A stretch of 35,811 nucleotides of DNA from NCBI GenBank assembly GCA_018302085.1, contig JAGWAF010000009.1, forward strand, positions 1-35,811, in the 5' to 3' direction. Position 1 is the stretch's first letter. Every line of letters starts with the position of its first letter. Of this stretch, positions 14,973-22,807 are shown one piece after another. The stretch is from Candidatus Woesearchaeota archaeon. GTDB taxonomy: Archaea; Nanobdellota; Nanobdellia; Woesearchaeales; JAGWAF01. The position numbers and the translations under genes are program-made. The notes beneath the pieces were generated by a model that was not told the origin of the DNA, made no database searches, and saw nothing but the letters and a program-made list of their open reading frames with translations.

Positions 14973-17606
14973 ATGAAGCGATACCAAATTTGTATTCTTT
15001 TATTGCTTCTCTTCAGTTTATTTAGTGGCCATGCTTTTGCTGCAACAGAAGATTTTGTGGCTTCCCTGGAAGCGGCAGAACTTAAAACTTGCCAATGCTT
15101 TCCCCTTCCAAAGCAACTTCTCATTACGAATACGGGAGATATTACCAGTCAATATGATCTACGTCTTGAAGGAAGCGCAGCAAACTTTGCGGCACTCCAA
15201 CCTGTAAGTCTTTCCCTGAAACCAGGAGAATCTCATTTTGTCAGCCTTAACTTTTTTGCAACATGCCAGGAAGAAGGAACGTATCCCTTCACCATTTTTG
15301 TTAAAACGAAATTAGGTCTTGAAAAAGAAATAAAAACTCCTTTTGTTGTACAGCGATGTAAAACACTTCAAGTGGATTCGCTCGGCGGAGCACAAGTTGT
15401 CGATAACTGTCAAGAAGCACGCTATGACTTTCTTGTGCGCAATCTGGCGGTTTACGATGAAACCGTTGATATTTCCGTTGATGAAAAGATTGCAGGATCT
15501 TCAATGCTTTCAGAAAATCCAGTTCTTATTCCAGCGCAACGATCAAAACGCGTGTCATTGTTTGTAGGTACGAGCTGCGACCAGGAGGGAGAAACACCTT
15601 TCACAGCTTCGTTCACTGCGCAAACCAATGGTTATAGCGTGGTTCATGATCTTAGTCTTGTTATAAATAATAGGGACGTGCCCATCCTCGCCAAAGAAGT
15701 TGATACTGTTGTTGTCACGAGGGAAGAAAGTGCTGTTGATCTTTCTTTCGAAAATACGGGTTATGACGCCGTGTCGTACACCATTTCTGTTCAAGAAGGA
15801 CCAGAATGGGTGAATGTGGATCCTCAAGTGTTGCTTGTGCCAGGATACAGTGCCTCAAGCTTTACACTTTTTGCTTCACCTCCCGAAGATGCACCCGCAG
15901 GTGAATATTCCGTTACTGTTCTCGCCACTGTTCTTGACACTGGCGTAACTTATGGCAAAGAACTCACCCTTTCCCTCGAAGAAAGTGCCCTGGGTGTGGG
16001 GTCATCCACGTGGCTCACGGTGCTCATCATCGCGGGGGCGGTGTTACTGGTACTTCTCTTACTCATTTTTATTGCAGCACTGATGCGCAAGGGCTCAGCA
16101 ACAAAACAGGAACGCGAAAGACTCACCACAGAACGCAAACTTGCAAGGTTCACAGAGCAAGAAAAAGCAAAAGAGGCTCGTGCAGCATTGAGGGCGGAAA
16201 GAATTGCGGAACGTCTCAGACGCAAGGAAGAAAAAAGAGCAGAAAAAGAGCACAGAAAAGCAGATAAAATTGCTGCGAAAGAAGCACGACGCCAAGAGAG
16301 AATTGCAGCACATGAATCACGCATCGCAGAAAAAGAAGCTCGTAAACGAGAAAAAATTGAAGCGAAACAACGTGGACTCCTCAAAAATGCACTTCTCAAA
16401 GACCTACGCAAACAATACCACTTCGTTGAGAAAGAAAATCTAGGCATTGAGGGGGAAGTTAGTCTCGAAGAGGAAAAGAACCCCGCATTGAGGATCGCAT
16501 TGCTCATTATCTTCCTTCTACTTGTTGGCGGAGTTTTGATCTGGTTCTTCTACCCATTCTTTATTCTCTATTTACCATTCTTTATTATAGGATTTATTAT
16601 CCTAATCGTGATATTAATACTCCTATCAGTATACTGGAACAAAAAAGAAAAAGTCAATCGTCTGAAAGCCTCGGAAGAAGGAAGACTTCTTGAAAAAGAT
16701 CTCAAAAAGGAAATCACTGACTATTATGATTTGGTTCCCAAAAGAAAAAAGCCAGAACTAGAAGAAAAACCAGCGGAAGGAAAAGGCGTGCTCTATGAAG
16801 AAAAGCGCGGTAGAAAGGGCAAGGACGATGCTGATCTCGTAGCGAGGGAGGCTCGCGCGGCAGCCAAGGCGAGCAGACAATTAGAACAAGAATATGCGAT
16901 TGCACCAGAACAAGGATCACGCTCATGGAAATGGTTATGGATTATTTTCCTCCTCCTATTGTTCATAGGGGCGTTTGCAGTACTGTTCATTTTCTTCCTT
17001 GATTTTATGAAATTGTACTGGCCGTACTTCGTAGCGGGATTTGTCATTTTAATCATAGTTATCCTTATTATAGATTATTTCAGATTCGGCAATCGTGTGC
17101 AACAATCCTGGCCAGAACTCAATAAAGGAGAGTACGCGGTTACCCTCATCCCATGGAGAAAAGGATTAACAGAGCTTGTATTTATTCCAAAACAGCACCT
17201 TTTCAATCCAGGTGTTGTCATCAAGAAATTGGGCGCGACACCCCTCGTAGGCCTCGATGGAGAAGTCTACCAATATATCGAAATAGAAAAAACTAACATT
17301 TCCAGTGCGGATATTGGTGACACGACTTTCAGATTCAAAGTTCAACGCAAATGGCTCCAGAAGAACAAAATTTTGGCAGAGAAGATTAAATTATACAAGC
17401 ACGCAGGATCACGCTGGAATGCAGTCCCAACAGAAATTGTAGGAGAAACTGAAGACCACCAAATTTGTTCAGCCAGAACAGGCTCCACAAGAACAAGAGC
17501 AGGAAGGGAGAAAAATTTGGATTTTGTGGGTGGCAATCGCGATTATTTTACTCTTACTCATTGGCTTTGTCGCATACAAAATTATGAATGTAGGAACTGC
17601 AACTGA
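14973..17606 (+). CDS. large multi-domain membrane protein (signal peptide, beta-rich ectodomain, KE/R-rich coiled coil, duplicated TM-hairpin modules, beta domain); 3' end probably mis-framed
   Basis: The signal peptide is MKRYQICILLLLLFSLFSGHAFA. A TM helix lies near aa 345-370. A charged heptad-like region contains AKEARRQERIAAHESRIAEKEARKREK. Two TM hairpins are paralogous. The last ~45 aa (RTGSTRTRAGREKNLDF..ECRNCN) look like out-of-frame translation. Confidence 0.8.
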   Translation: MKRYQICILLLLLFSLFSGHAFAATEDFVASLEAAELKTCQCFPLPKQLLITNTGDITSQYDLRLEGSAANFAALQPVSLSLKPGESHFVSLNFFATCQEEGTYPFTIFVKTKLGLEKEIKTPFVVQRCKTLQVDSLGGAQVVDNCQEARYDFLVRNLAVYDETVDISVDEKIAGSSMLSENPVLIPAQRSKRVSLFVGTSCDQEGETPFTASFTAQTNGYSVVHDLSLVINNRDVPILAKEVDTVVVTREESAVDLSFENTGYDAVSYTISVQEGPEWVNVDPQVLLVPGYSASSFTLFASPPEDAPAGEYSVTVLATVLDTGVTYGKELTLSLEESALGVGSSTWLTVLIIAGAVLLVLLLLIFIAALMRKGSATKQERERLTTERKLARFTEQEKAKEARAALRAERIAERLRRKEEKRAEKEHRKADKIAAKEARRQERIAAHESRIAEKEARKREKIEAKQRGLLKNALLKDLRKQYHFVEKENLGIEGEVSLEEEKNPALRIALLIIFLLLVGGVLIWFFYPFFILYLPFFIIGFIILIVILILLSVYWNKKEKVNRLKASEEGRLLEKDLKKEITDYYDLVPKRKKPELEEKPAEGKGVLYEEKRGRKGKDDADLVAREARAAAKASRQLEQEYAIAPEQGSRSWKWLWIIFLLLLFIGAFAVLFIFFLDFMKLYWPYFVAGFVILIIVILIIDYFRFGNRVQQSWPELNKGEYAVTLIPWRKGLTELVFIPKQHLFNPGVVIKKLGATPLVGLDGEVYQYIEIEKTNISSADIGDTTFRFKVQRKWLQKNKILAEKIKLYKHAGSRWNAVPTEIVGETEDHQICSARTGSTRTRAGREKNLDFVGGNRDYFTLTHWLCRIQNYECRNCN

Positions 17607-18069
17607 AGAAACAACAGACAAAATAACAATTCCAGCACTCTCAGAAGACGAAGCAGGAATTCCAAGGCAGGTCTGGGCGAAAGACACCGTTCGTACATTG
17701 GACCTTACACAATATTTTGAAGATCCCGACGGAGATAGGCTGGGATATGGTGCATCCTCAATGGATCACATCGTAATCAGTTTTAACGATGGCATCGCAA
17801 CGTTTACCCCGGAGCAGGGCTGGATAGGACAAGAATTTGTCACGTTTACCGCGGATGACGGCAAGGGCAATGAGCCTGTGGAAAGCAACAAGGTACGTCT
17901 TCTTGTCGTGCCCCCCGAACAGCTTGATGAAGCAACCTCGGGACAAAAAACAAGCTTATGGTACTTTGTCATTGCTGGGATTGTCATTCTCCTCCTTGTG
18001 ATTACAGCCATAGAATATGCACGAAGACATAACAGCGGGGAAACTGAAGAAGAGCAAAAAACGGAATGA
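17524..18069 (+). CDS. TM helix + Ig/cadherin-like domain + C-terminal TM anchor; probably the 3' part of the preceding gene after a +1 frame change
   Basis: There is no ATG; the listed start is a TTG inside a hydrophobic helix. The frame is open back to 17443. The domain contains YFEDPDGDRL and ends in a C-terminal TM helix (LWYFVIAGIVILLLVITAI). Confidence 0.6.
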   Translation: MWVAIAIILLLLIGFVAYKIMNVGTATEETTDKITIPALSEDEAGIPRQVWAKDTVRTLDLTQYFEDPDGDRLGYGASSMDHIVISFNDGIATFTPEQGWIGQEFVTFTADDGKGNEPVESNKVRLLVVPPEQLDEATSGQKTSLWYFVIAGIVILLLVITAIEYARRHNSGETEEEQKTE

Positions 18070-18135
18070 TCCTGTTCTCAGAAATATTCTTTTTCTAGGT
18101 TCAAACAAAAAAGTTTAAAAATAATCTTCCAAACA

Positions 18136-18143
18136 TTTATATA
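18136..18143 (+). promoter_or_regulatory. TATA box TTTATATA, leaderless spacing
   Basis: The box ends 24 nt before the ATG at 18167, and there is no SD in between. Confidence 0.45.
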
Positions 18144-18166
18144 ACCTCCAAAAATAATTTCCCCTT

Positions 18167-19150
18167 ATGCACATCGCATTTTTTGAAGTCAAAGCGTGGG
18201 AAAAGGACTTTCTGAAAGAAAAATTAAAAAAATATCAGCTCACTTTTTTTACGGAACCCTTATCTGAGAAGAACATTGTGAAGGCAAAGCAAGCAGATAT
18301 AGTTTCCGTTCTTATCTATTCTCACATCACCGATCACATGCTATCCTCCCTGCCGAAACTCAAAATGCTCCTTACAAGGTCCACGGGATACGATCACATT
18401 GATGTCGCAGCCTGCAGGAAAAGAGGTATTACTGTTTGCAACATTCCTTCTTATGGGGAAAGTACTGTTGCAGAGCACACCTTTGCGTTGATTTTGGCCT
18501 TATCAAGAAAGATTACTAAAGCATATGCCCAAAGTCTCAACAATGATTTTTCTCTTGAGGGGTTGCAGGGCTTTGATTTGAAAGAAAAAACACTTGGAGT
18601 TATGGGTACGGGCCGCATTGGGTTAGAGGTTATTCGTATTGCAAAAGGATTTGGCATGAATGTTTTGGCTTATGACATGTACCCACAAGAAAACCTCGCG
18701 CAAACTCTTGATTTTCATTATTGTTCTTTGGATCAACTTTTGAAAAATTCTGACATTATCACTCTGCATGTTCCATATAACAAGGAGACACATCATCTGA
18801 TCAATAAAAATACTCTACAAAAAGTTAAACGCGGAGATCTCTTGATTAATACCGCAAGGGGCGCGGTCGTTGATACGGAGGCGCTCATTACCGCATTGCG
18901 TTCTGGCAGATTAGCAGGGGCGGGTCTTGACGTGCTTGAGGGAGAAGAGTGTCTCAAAGAAGAAAATCATTCTGATAAAAAATATTTAAAAAAGATTAAA
19001 CAACTCAAAACTCTTTTGGGTATGGATAATGTTATAATTACACCACACATTGCATTCTACAGTAAAGAAGCAGTTGAGAGAAGGCTTCAGGTCATTGTTG
19101 AAAACATTGTTGGTTTTATTGCTGGAAGGGAGCAGAATGTCGTGAAGTGA
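18167..19150 (+). CDS. D-isomer-specific 2-hydroxyacid dehydrogenase (D-lactate/glycerate dehydrogenase-like)
   Basis: The NAD motif GVMGTGRIGLEV is present, with catalytic-region motifs NTARGAVVD, LDVLEGEE and ITPHIAF. Confidence 0.9.
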   Translation: MHIAFFEVKAWEKDFLKEKLKKYQLTFFTEPLSEKNIVKAKQADIVSVLIYSHITDHMLSSLPKLKMLLTRSTGYDHIDVAACRKRGITVCNIPSYGESTVAEHTFALILALSRKITKAYAQSLNNDFSLEGLQGFDLKEKTLGVMGTGRIGLEVIRIAKGFGMNVLAYDMYPQENLAQTLDFHYCSLDQLLKNSDIITLHVPYNKETHHLINKNTLQKVKRGDLLINTARGAVVDTEALITALRSGRLAGAGLDVLEGEECLKEENHSDKKYLKKIKQLKTLLGMDNVIITPHIAFYSKEAVERRLQVIVENIVGFIAGREQNVVK

Positions 19151-19151
19151 A

Positions 19152-19158
19152 TTTTTTT
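19152..19158 (+). terminator. T7 tract immediately after the dehydrogenase stop codon
   Basis: The sequence reads TGA then A-TTTTTTT. Confidence 0.4.
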
Positions 19159-19183
19159 GTTAAATTTTGTGAAATGATGTCGA

Positions 19184-19257
19184 TGGGGACATTGGGATTT
19201 GGACCCAAATCAGCCGCTCTGGAGGCGGCCATACTAGCCAGGTTGTACTATGTCCCC
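19184..19257 (-). tRNA. trnW: tRNA-Trp (anticodon CCA), no intron, no encoded CCA tail
   Basis: Hand-folded on the minus strand. Acceptor is GGGGACA/TGTCCCC. The D arm is GTAC-AACCTGGCTA-GTAT. The anticodon arm is GCCGC-CTCCAGA-GCGGC. The variable loop is TGAT. The T arm is TTGGG-TCCAAAT-CCCAA. The discriminator is A. Confidence 0.85.
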
Positions 19258-19281
19258 TTGCTGTCGTGAAGATTTCTGATG

Positions 19282-19641
19282 CTATTTAAAGCTTATGCTG
19301 CTCCCAATTTTGCACGCTGAGGAAGTTATCGTATTGGCGGGGAGCTCAATCATGTATTTTATCTTCCTTTTTGTTGTGTAGCATCGGAACGGCCGTATTT
19401 TTTGTTTCATTTCAACAATTCTTTTATGTTCATCGAGAAAAAGAAGATCGATCGGAAAGAAAACAAAACCCATATGTATGCTGCAGTATTTTTCTTTTTT
19501 GAAAGGAAAAAGTAATGGGATTGGTTTTTTCCTAAACATAAGACCTCTCATTTGTTGAAAAGGAGAAGTACAGATGATTACGTTATTTGCTATCGTTTTC
19601 TGATTCGTCTTATTTACCAGAGTCACTTTTTTGCTGTTCAT
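19282..19641 (-). CDS. DUF192 (COG1430) family protein
   Basis: The sequence shows the family pattern (..QQMRGLMFRK.., IHMGFVFFPIDLLFLD, YMIELPANT). The start was chosen at MNSKK (19641); 19662 is an alternative. The gene overlaps the upstream gene's 3' end. Confidence 0.7.
   Translation of the reverse strand: MNSKKVTLVNKTNQKTIANNVIICTSPFQQMRGLMFRKKPIPLLFPFKKEKYCSIHMGFVFFPIDLLFLDEHKRIVEMKQKIRPFRCYTTKRKIKYMIELPANTITSSACKIGSSISFK
19283..19290 (-). promoter_or_regulatory. TATA box TTTAAATA for tRNA-Trp
   Basis: Read on the minus strand, the box ends 26 nt upstream of tRNA position 1. It lies inside the last codons of the DUF192 gene. Confidence 0.5.
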
Positions 19642-21223
19642 GTCTTTCCATTCCCTTCTCAATTTTTTGCTTGGATTGATATTTTCTCCACCATGTCAAC
19701 GCTCCAAATCCTGCTCCAAGGAGGAGAATTAAGACCACTCCTATGATAATGTTGGTTAATTTTGAACTTTCCTCTTTTTCTATTACCTGTTCAACAGTTT
19801 TCACTTCGGTTTTGTTTTCCGTGAGATTTTCAGTAAGATTTTCTACTACATCAGGTATTGGCCCTATAATAACGTCTGGTTTTGGTTTTACTTTTATCGC
19901 TATCATCTGATCAACATGATGCGTTGCGCCATCCTCGAGGATAAAACTGGCCTGAAGCCTTAGGGGGTAGGTCGTTTCTCCATCAATATATGGCGTTACA
20001 ATGGTTTTTTCAACAATCACACTCTTTTTTGAATCAATTTCTTCTGCAGCAATGGGCAGGGGGTCTTGCAATAATTGAGAAGAAATTGTGCCAGCAACTT
20101 TTTTTACTTTTTGAGGCAAGGGATTGCTTATTACTAATTTGAAATTCACTTCACTTTGGGATTCCACCTCAGAGGGAGTTATGCTCACTGTTAACGTTGG
20201 TTTTTCAACGCGTAGCGTGACTTCCTTTTTTATTTCTTGATCTTGCTGATTCCAATTAAACTTAACTATGACAGGGATGGTGTACGTTCCCTCAGCATCT
20301 GCAATAATGCGAAGCTTCACTTCTTTTGTTTCCAGTAATCTTAGGAAGTCATCCCATTCAAAACGATCTGTCTTTTGAAATAACGGCTTGTCTACACTTT
20401 TCATCGTGAGGCCTTTTTGTAAAGGAATAAAGGTAACGATGTTATCAATGGACTCCTTCTCTAAAGTGTTGCGATATTTTAAAGTTAAATCAGTTTTTTC
20501 TCCTACTTGCACGGTATCTTTTTCAAGGCTTGGCTCTATAACGATCACAAATTGGCCTACTTCCATTGCCAGTTTTGTGTCGATACTCTTGTGTTCTTTT
20601 CCGTCAAACCACTGTAATGTGCCTTTCAGGTCGTATTTACCTGGGGTTTTGGCCTGAAGCACGTACGTACACTCATGTGTTCTTTCAGAGAAAATTGTTC
20701 CGCTCCAACCTACTTTGTCGTCGTGGAAATAACAGCCATCCTTAGAATCAGTCGCGATAAGGCCTTCTGATGTTTGTTCCCATGATACTTGCTGGGCAGT
20801 CGCTGCACCATGATTTTCAAAAACAACTGTAACATCCGTTTTTTCATTCACACCCAACTCAGTTTTTTCAGGGGTCTGAGTAATACTTACACGTGCTATG
20901 TCTAAGAAAACGTCAATCACGTATTCGTAGAGATAGACATCAAACCTCGGATGCATCTCATCACTTTGGCTTACTGCAGTGAGGCAGAATTCGTATCCTT
21001 GAATGTTTGTGCAGTCTCCTTCCGTTATTTTAACTCTTTCTTCATCAATGATTAGCGTTACTGCGTTTTGGTTGTTGAGGTCGGCAACTTGCACTCTGAG
21101 GTCGTCCACAGTAAACGTGCCTCCTGGCTTGTACTTTCCAGATTTTACAGTTTCACGCTCTCCAGCGAGTACATAAGGAAGAAGTAATATCATACAGAAT
21201 GTCATTATCAGTATTTTTTTCAT
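19610..21223 (-). CDS. secreted beta-rich (CARDB/DUF11-like repeats) surface protein with C-terminal TM anchor
   Basis: The signal peptide is MKKILIMTFCMILLLPYVLAG. Segments of the form V.V.F.N.G recur. The C-terminus has a TM helix (IIIGVVLILLLGAGFGALTWW) and a basic tail. Confidence 0.85.
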   Translation of the reverse strand: MKKILIMTFCMILLLPYVLAGERETVKSGKYKPGGTFTVDDLRVQVADLNNQNAVTLIIDEERVKITEGDCTNIQGYEFCLTAVSQSDEMHPRFDVYLYEYVIDVFLDIARVSITQTPEKTELGVNEKTDVTVVFENHGAATAQQVSWEQTSEGLIATDSKDGCYFHDDKVGWSGTIFSERTHECTYVLQAKTPGKYDLKGTLQWFDGKEHKSIDTKLAMEVGQFVIVIEPSLEKDTVQVGEKTDLTLKYRNTLEKESIDNIVTFIPLQKGLTMKSVDKPLFQKTDRFEWDDFLRLLETKEVKLRIIADAEGTYTIPVIVKFNWNQQDQEIKKEVTLRVEKPTLTVSITPSEVESQSEVNFKLVISNPLPQKVKKVAGTISSQLLQDPLPIAAEEIDSKKSVIVEKTIVTPYIDGETTYPLRLQASFILEDGATHHVDQMIAIKVKPKPDVIIGPIPDVVENLTENLTENKTEVKTVEQVIEKEESSKLTNIIIGVVLILLLGAGFGALTWWRKYQSKQKIEKGMERHEQQKSDSGK

Positions 21224-21276
21224 ATCTTCTTTAGTTTTCTTGAGTTATATAAGATTTATGGTCTAGAAAAGATAAA

Positions 21277-21284
21277 ATATATAA
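21277..21284 (+). promoter_or_regulatory. TATA-like ATATATAA, leaderless spacing
   Basis: The box ends 25 nt before the ATG at 21309. On the other strand, CTTATATAAC (21245-21254) sits about 22 nt from the ATG at 21223, giving a divergent promoter pair. Confidence 0.4.
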
Positions 21285-21308
21285 ACGAATGAAGCCCTTT
21301 GCTCCTAT

Positions 21309-21863
21309 ATGGTGAAGGGGAACGAATTTAATAAAGAAATGGCCAGCTACCTCTCGAAAAGGCCACGAAAAAGCAGATTTTCTTTTTTTCGCAGGAAAAC
21401 TCCTGTGAAAGACGCGTATGAGGAGTATGAACAACTTGCGGGGGTTTCTGAAACAAAACCAACTGTGATCGGCGGCACTGAAAATGTGATTCAGACGATG
21501 AAACGTAAAGCTCTTGGACTTTTGAAGCAAAAAAGACAAGAAGAGATAGTGCCTGCATTCGATGAGCAAGGCAACCTTGTGAACAGGGAGCAACCCCAGC
21601 CTGACAAAATTTCTGGCTTTGTTTCCAAAATAGATGTTTTTGATGTCCTAGGAAAAAAGAAAGAGCAAGTTGCTGAAGCAGAATACCATGAAATGAAAGA
21701 GTTTGAAGAAGTCGTTCATGCGGATAATGACATTAGGGAGTTAGCAAGGATTTCTGCAAATATTCTTCGCTTGTTGCCCCCGGAAAAACTGGAAGACTTC
21801 AAAGCAGGGCAGGACTTTAATAAGTACAAAGAACTTCTGAAGAAACATCATATTATCAAGTAA
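21309..21863 (+). CDS. hypothetical charged protein (184 aa)
   Basis: The ORF has a leaderless-type promoter. I recognise no motif. Confidence 0.55.
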   Translation: MVKGNEFNKEMASYLSKRPRKSRFSFFRRKTPVKDAYEEYEQLAGVSETKPTVIGGTENVIQTMKRKALGLLKQKRQEEIVPAFDEQGNLVNREQPQPDKISGFVSKIDVFDVLGKKKEQVAEAEYHEMKEFEEVVHADNDIRELARISANILRLLPPEKLEDFKAGQDFNKYKELLKKHHIIK

Positions 21864-22716
21864 AATATTTCTCATATGTTTCTCTCAGATTCTTTGCTAT
21901 TGCAGGGTTTTTAAAGACGATAAACTTGATGTCGTGAGATTCATAAGCTATCTTTGTTATTTCTTTCATGCTCATCTCTTTTGTACTTTTGTATTTTTCA
22001 AAGAATATTCTTAATTTTTTACTTAGGGTACTTGGATATTTCACTTGTAAAACTAAATCTCCTAAAATATCTACATCAACCATTTCGCCAACTTCTTTTT
22101 TTTCTATTACCTTAGTTTCTGTATGTACCGTTCTGTAAAATGATGCTCCCCAATGATTCAAGGGCAAGTCTCTGAGAAAAATGAATTTCTTGTTTATATT
22201 CTTCTTCTTAAAATATTCATACAATTTTGTTTCACTACCCAAATTAATAATAGGCCACCAGACATAATGGCCGTAAAATAAACATTTCCTATTCTCTCCT
22301 GGCTTGAGATGATCTGCCCAATAATACATAATATCTGACCAAAAATTATCTAACTCAAACAAATTTCTAAAAGAATAAACAGCGTAATTCTCTTTTACTA
22401 ATTCCGCAGTAAAAGCATGCACTTCTTTTCCTGTTTCATAAGTTGTTAACAACTTATCAAAAAATGTTTTTGTCTTTAAGATCCATTCTTTGTTTAAATC
22501 GTATTTCTTCTCTTTCTTTGTTAAAACTCCTTGCCTATGAAGTACGTCTACCGCTTTTCTTATTGCTTGATATGTTATCTTCAGATTATACTCTTTACGA
22601 ACACTATTGCTCAATTCTATCAAGGAAAGAGGATGCTCCTTTGTTAAAATACTAAAAACAAGGTCTTTAGCCTGTTTAATTTCTTCACCTAACTGCGGAA
22701 TGCTTAATTCTATCAT
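21856..22716 (-). CDS. hypothetical protein with N-terminal winged-helix-like segment
   Basis: The N-terminus (LSLIELSNSVRKEYNLKITYQAIRKAVDVLHRQGVL) resembles a wHTH. The C-terminal ~200 aa are unrecognised. A TATA box TTTAAAAA (22738-22745, minus strand) lies 22 nt upstream of the start. Confidence 0.65.
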   Translation of the reverse strand: MIELSIPQLGEEIKQAKDLVFSILTKEHPLSLIELSNSVRKEYNLKITYQAIRKAVDVLHRQGVLTKKEKKYDLNKEWILKTKTFFDKLLTTYETGKEVHAFTAELVKENYAVYSFRNLFELDNFWSDIMYYWADHLKPGENRKCLFYGHYVWWPIINLGSETKLYEYFKKKNINKKFIFLRDLPLNHWGASFYRTVHTETKVIEKKEVGEMVDVDILGDLVLQVKYPSTLSKKLRIFFEKYKSTKEMSMKEITKIAYESHDIKFIVFKNPAIAKNLRETYEKYFT

Positions 22717-22776
22717 ATACCGAGTAAAAAGTCTTTGTTTTTAAACCTTTTGGTACAAAAATAGTTGTAGTGAATG

Positions 22777-22784
22777 TTTTAATA
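22777..22784 (+). promoter_or_regulatory. TATA box TTTTAATA, leaderless spacing
   Basis: The box ends 24 nt before the ATG at 22808. Confidence 0.4.
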
Positions 22785-22807
22785 GTTCTTCACGAATATA
22801 TATACCT

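Noticed and set aside
15950-16507. 185-aa minus-strand ORF (Ser/Arg/Ala-rich) antisense to the large membrane protein
   Set aside because: It is a shadow ORF created by the low-complexity K/E/R/A coding repeat on the plus strand. It has no start context or recognisable domain. The same reasoning applies to the other antisense or overlapping ORFs in the track, such as 1281-1553, 2602-2916, 5975-6316, 8677-9058, 9137-9505, 11172-11594, 12069-12425, 12795-13068, 14481-14795, 21231-21593, 30251-30565, 30921-31262 and 33086-33430.
19184-19257. Plus-strand reading of the tRNA-like sequence
   Set aside because: Only the minus strand gives a proper D arm, a GG-containing D-loop and a 7-nt anticodon loop with U33. 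The plus strand does not fold as a cloverleaf.
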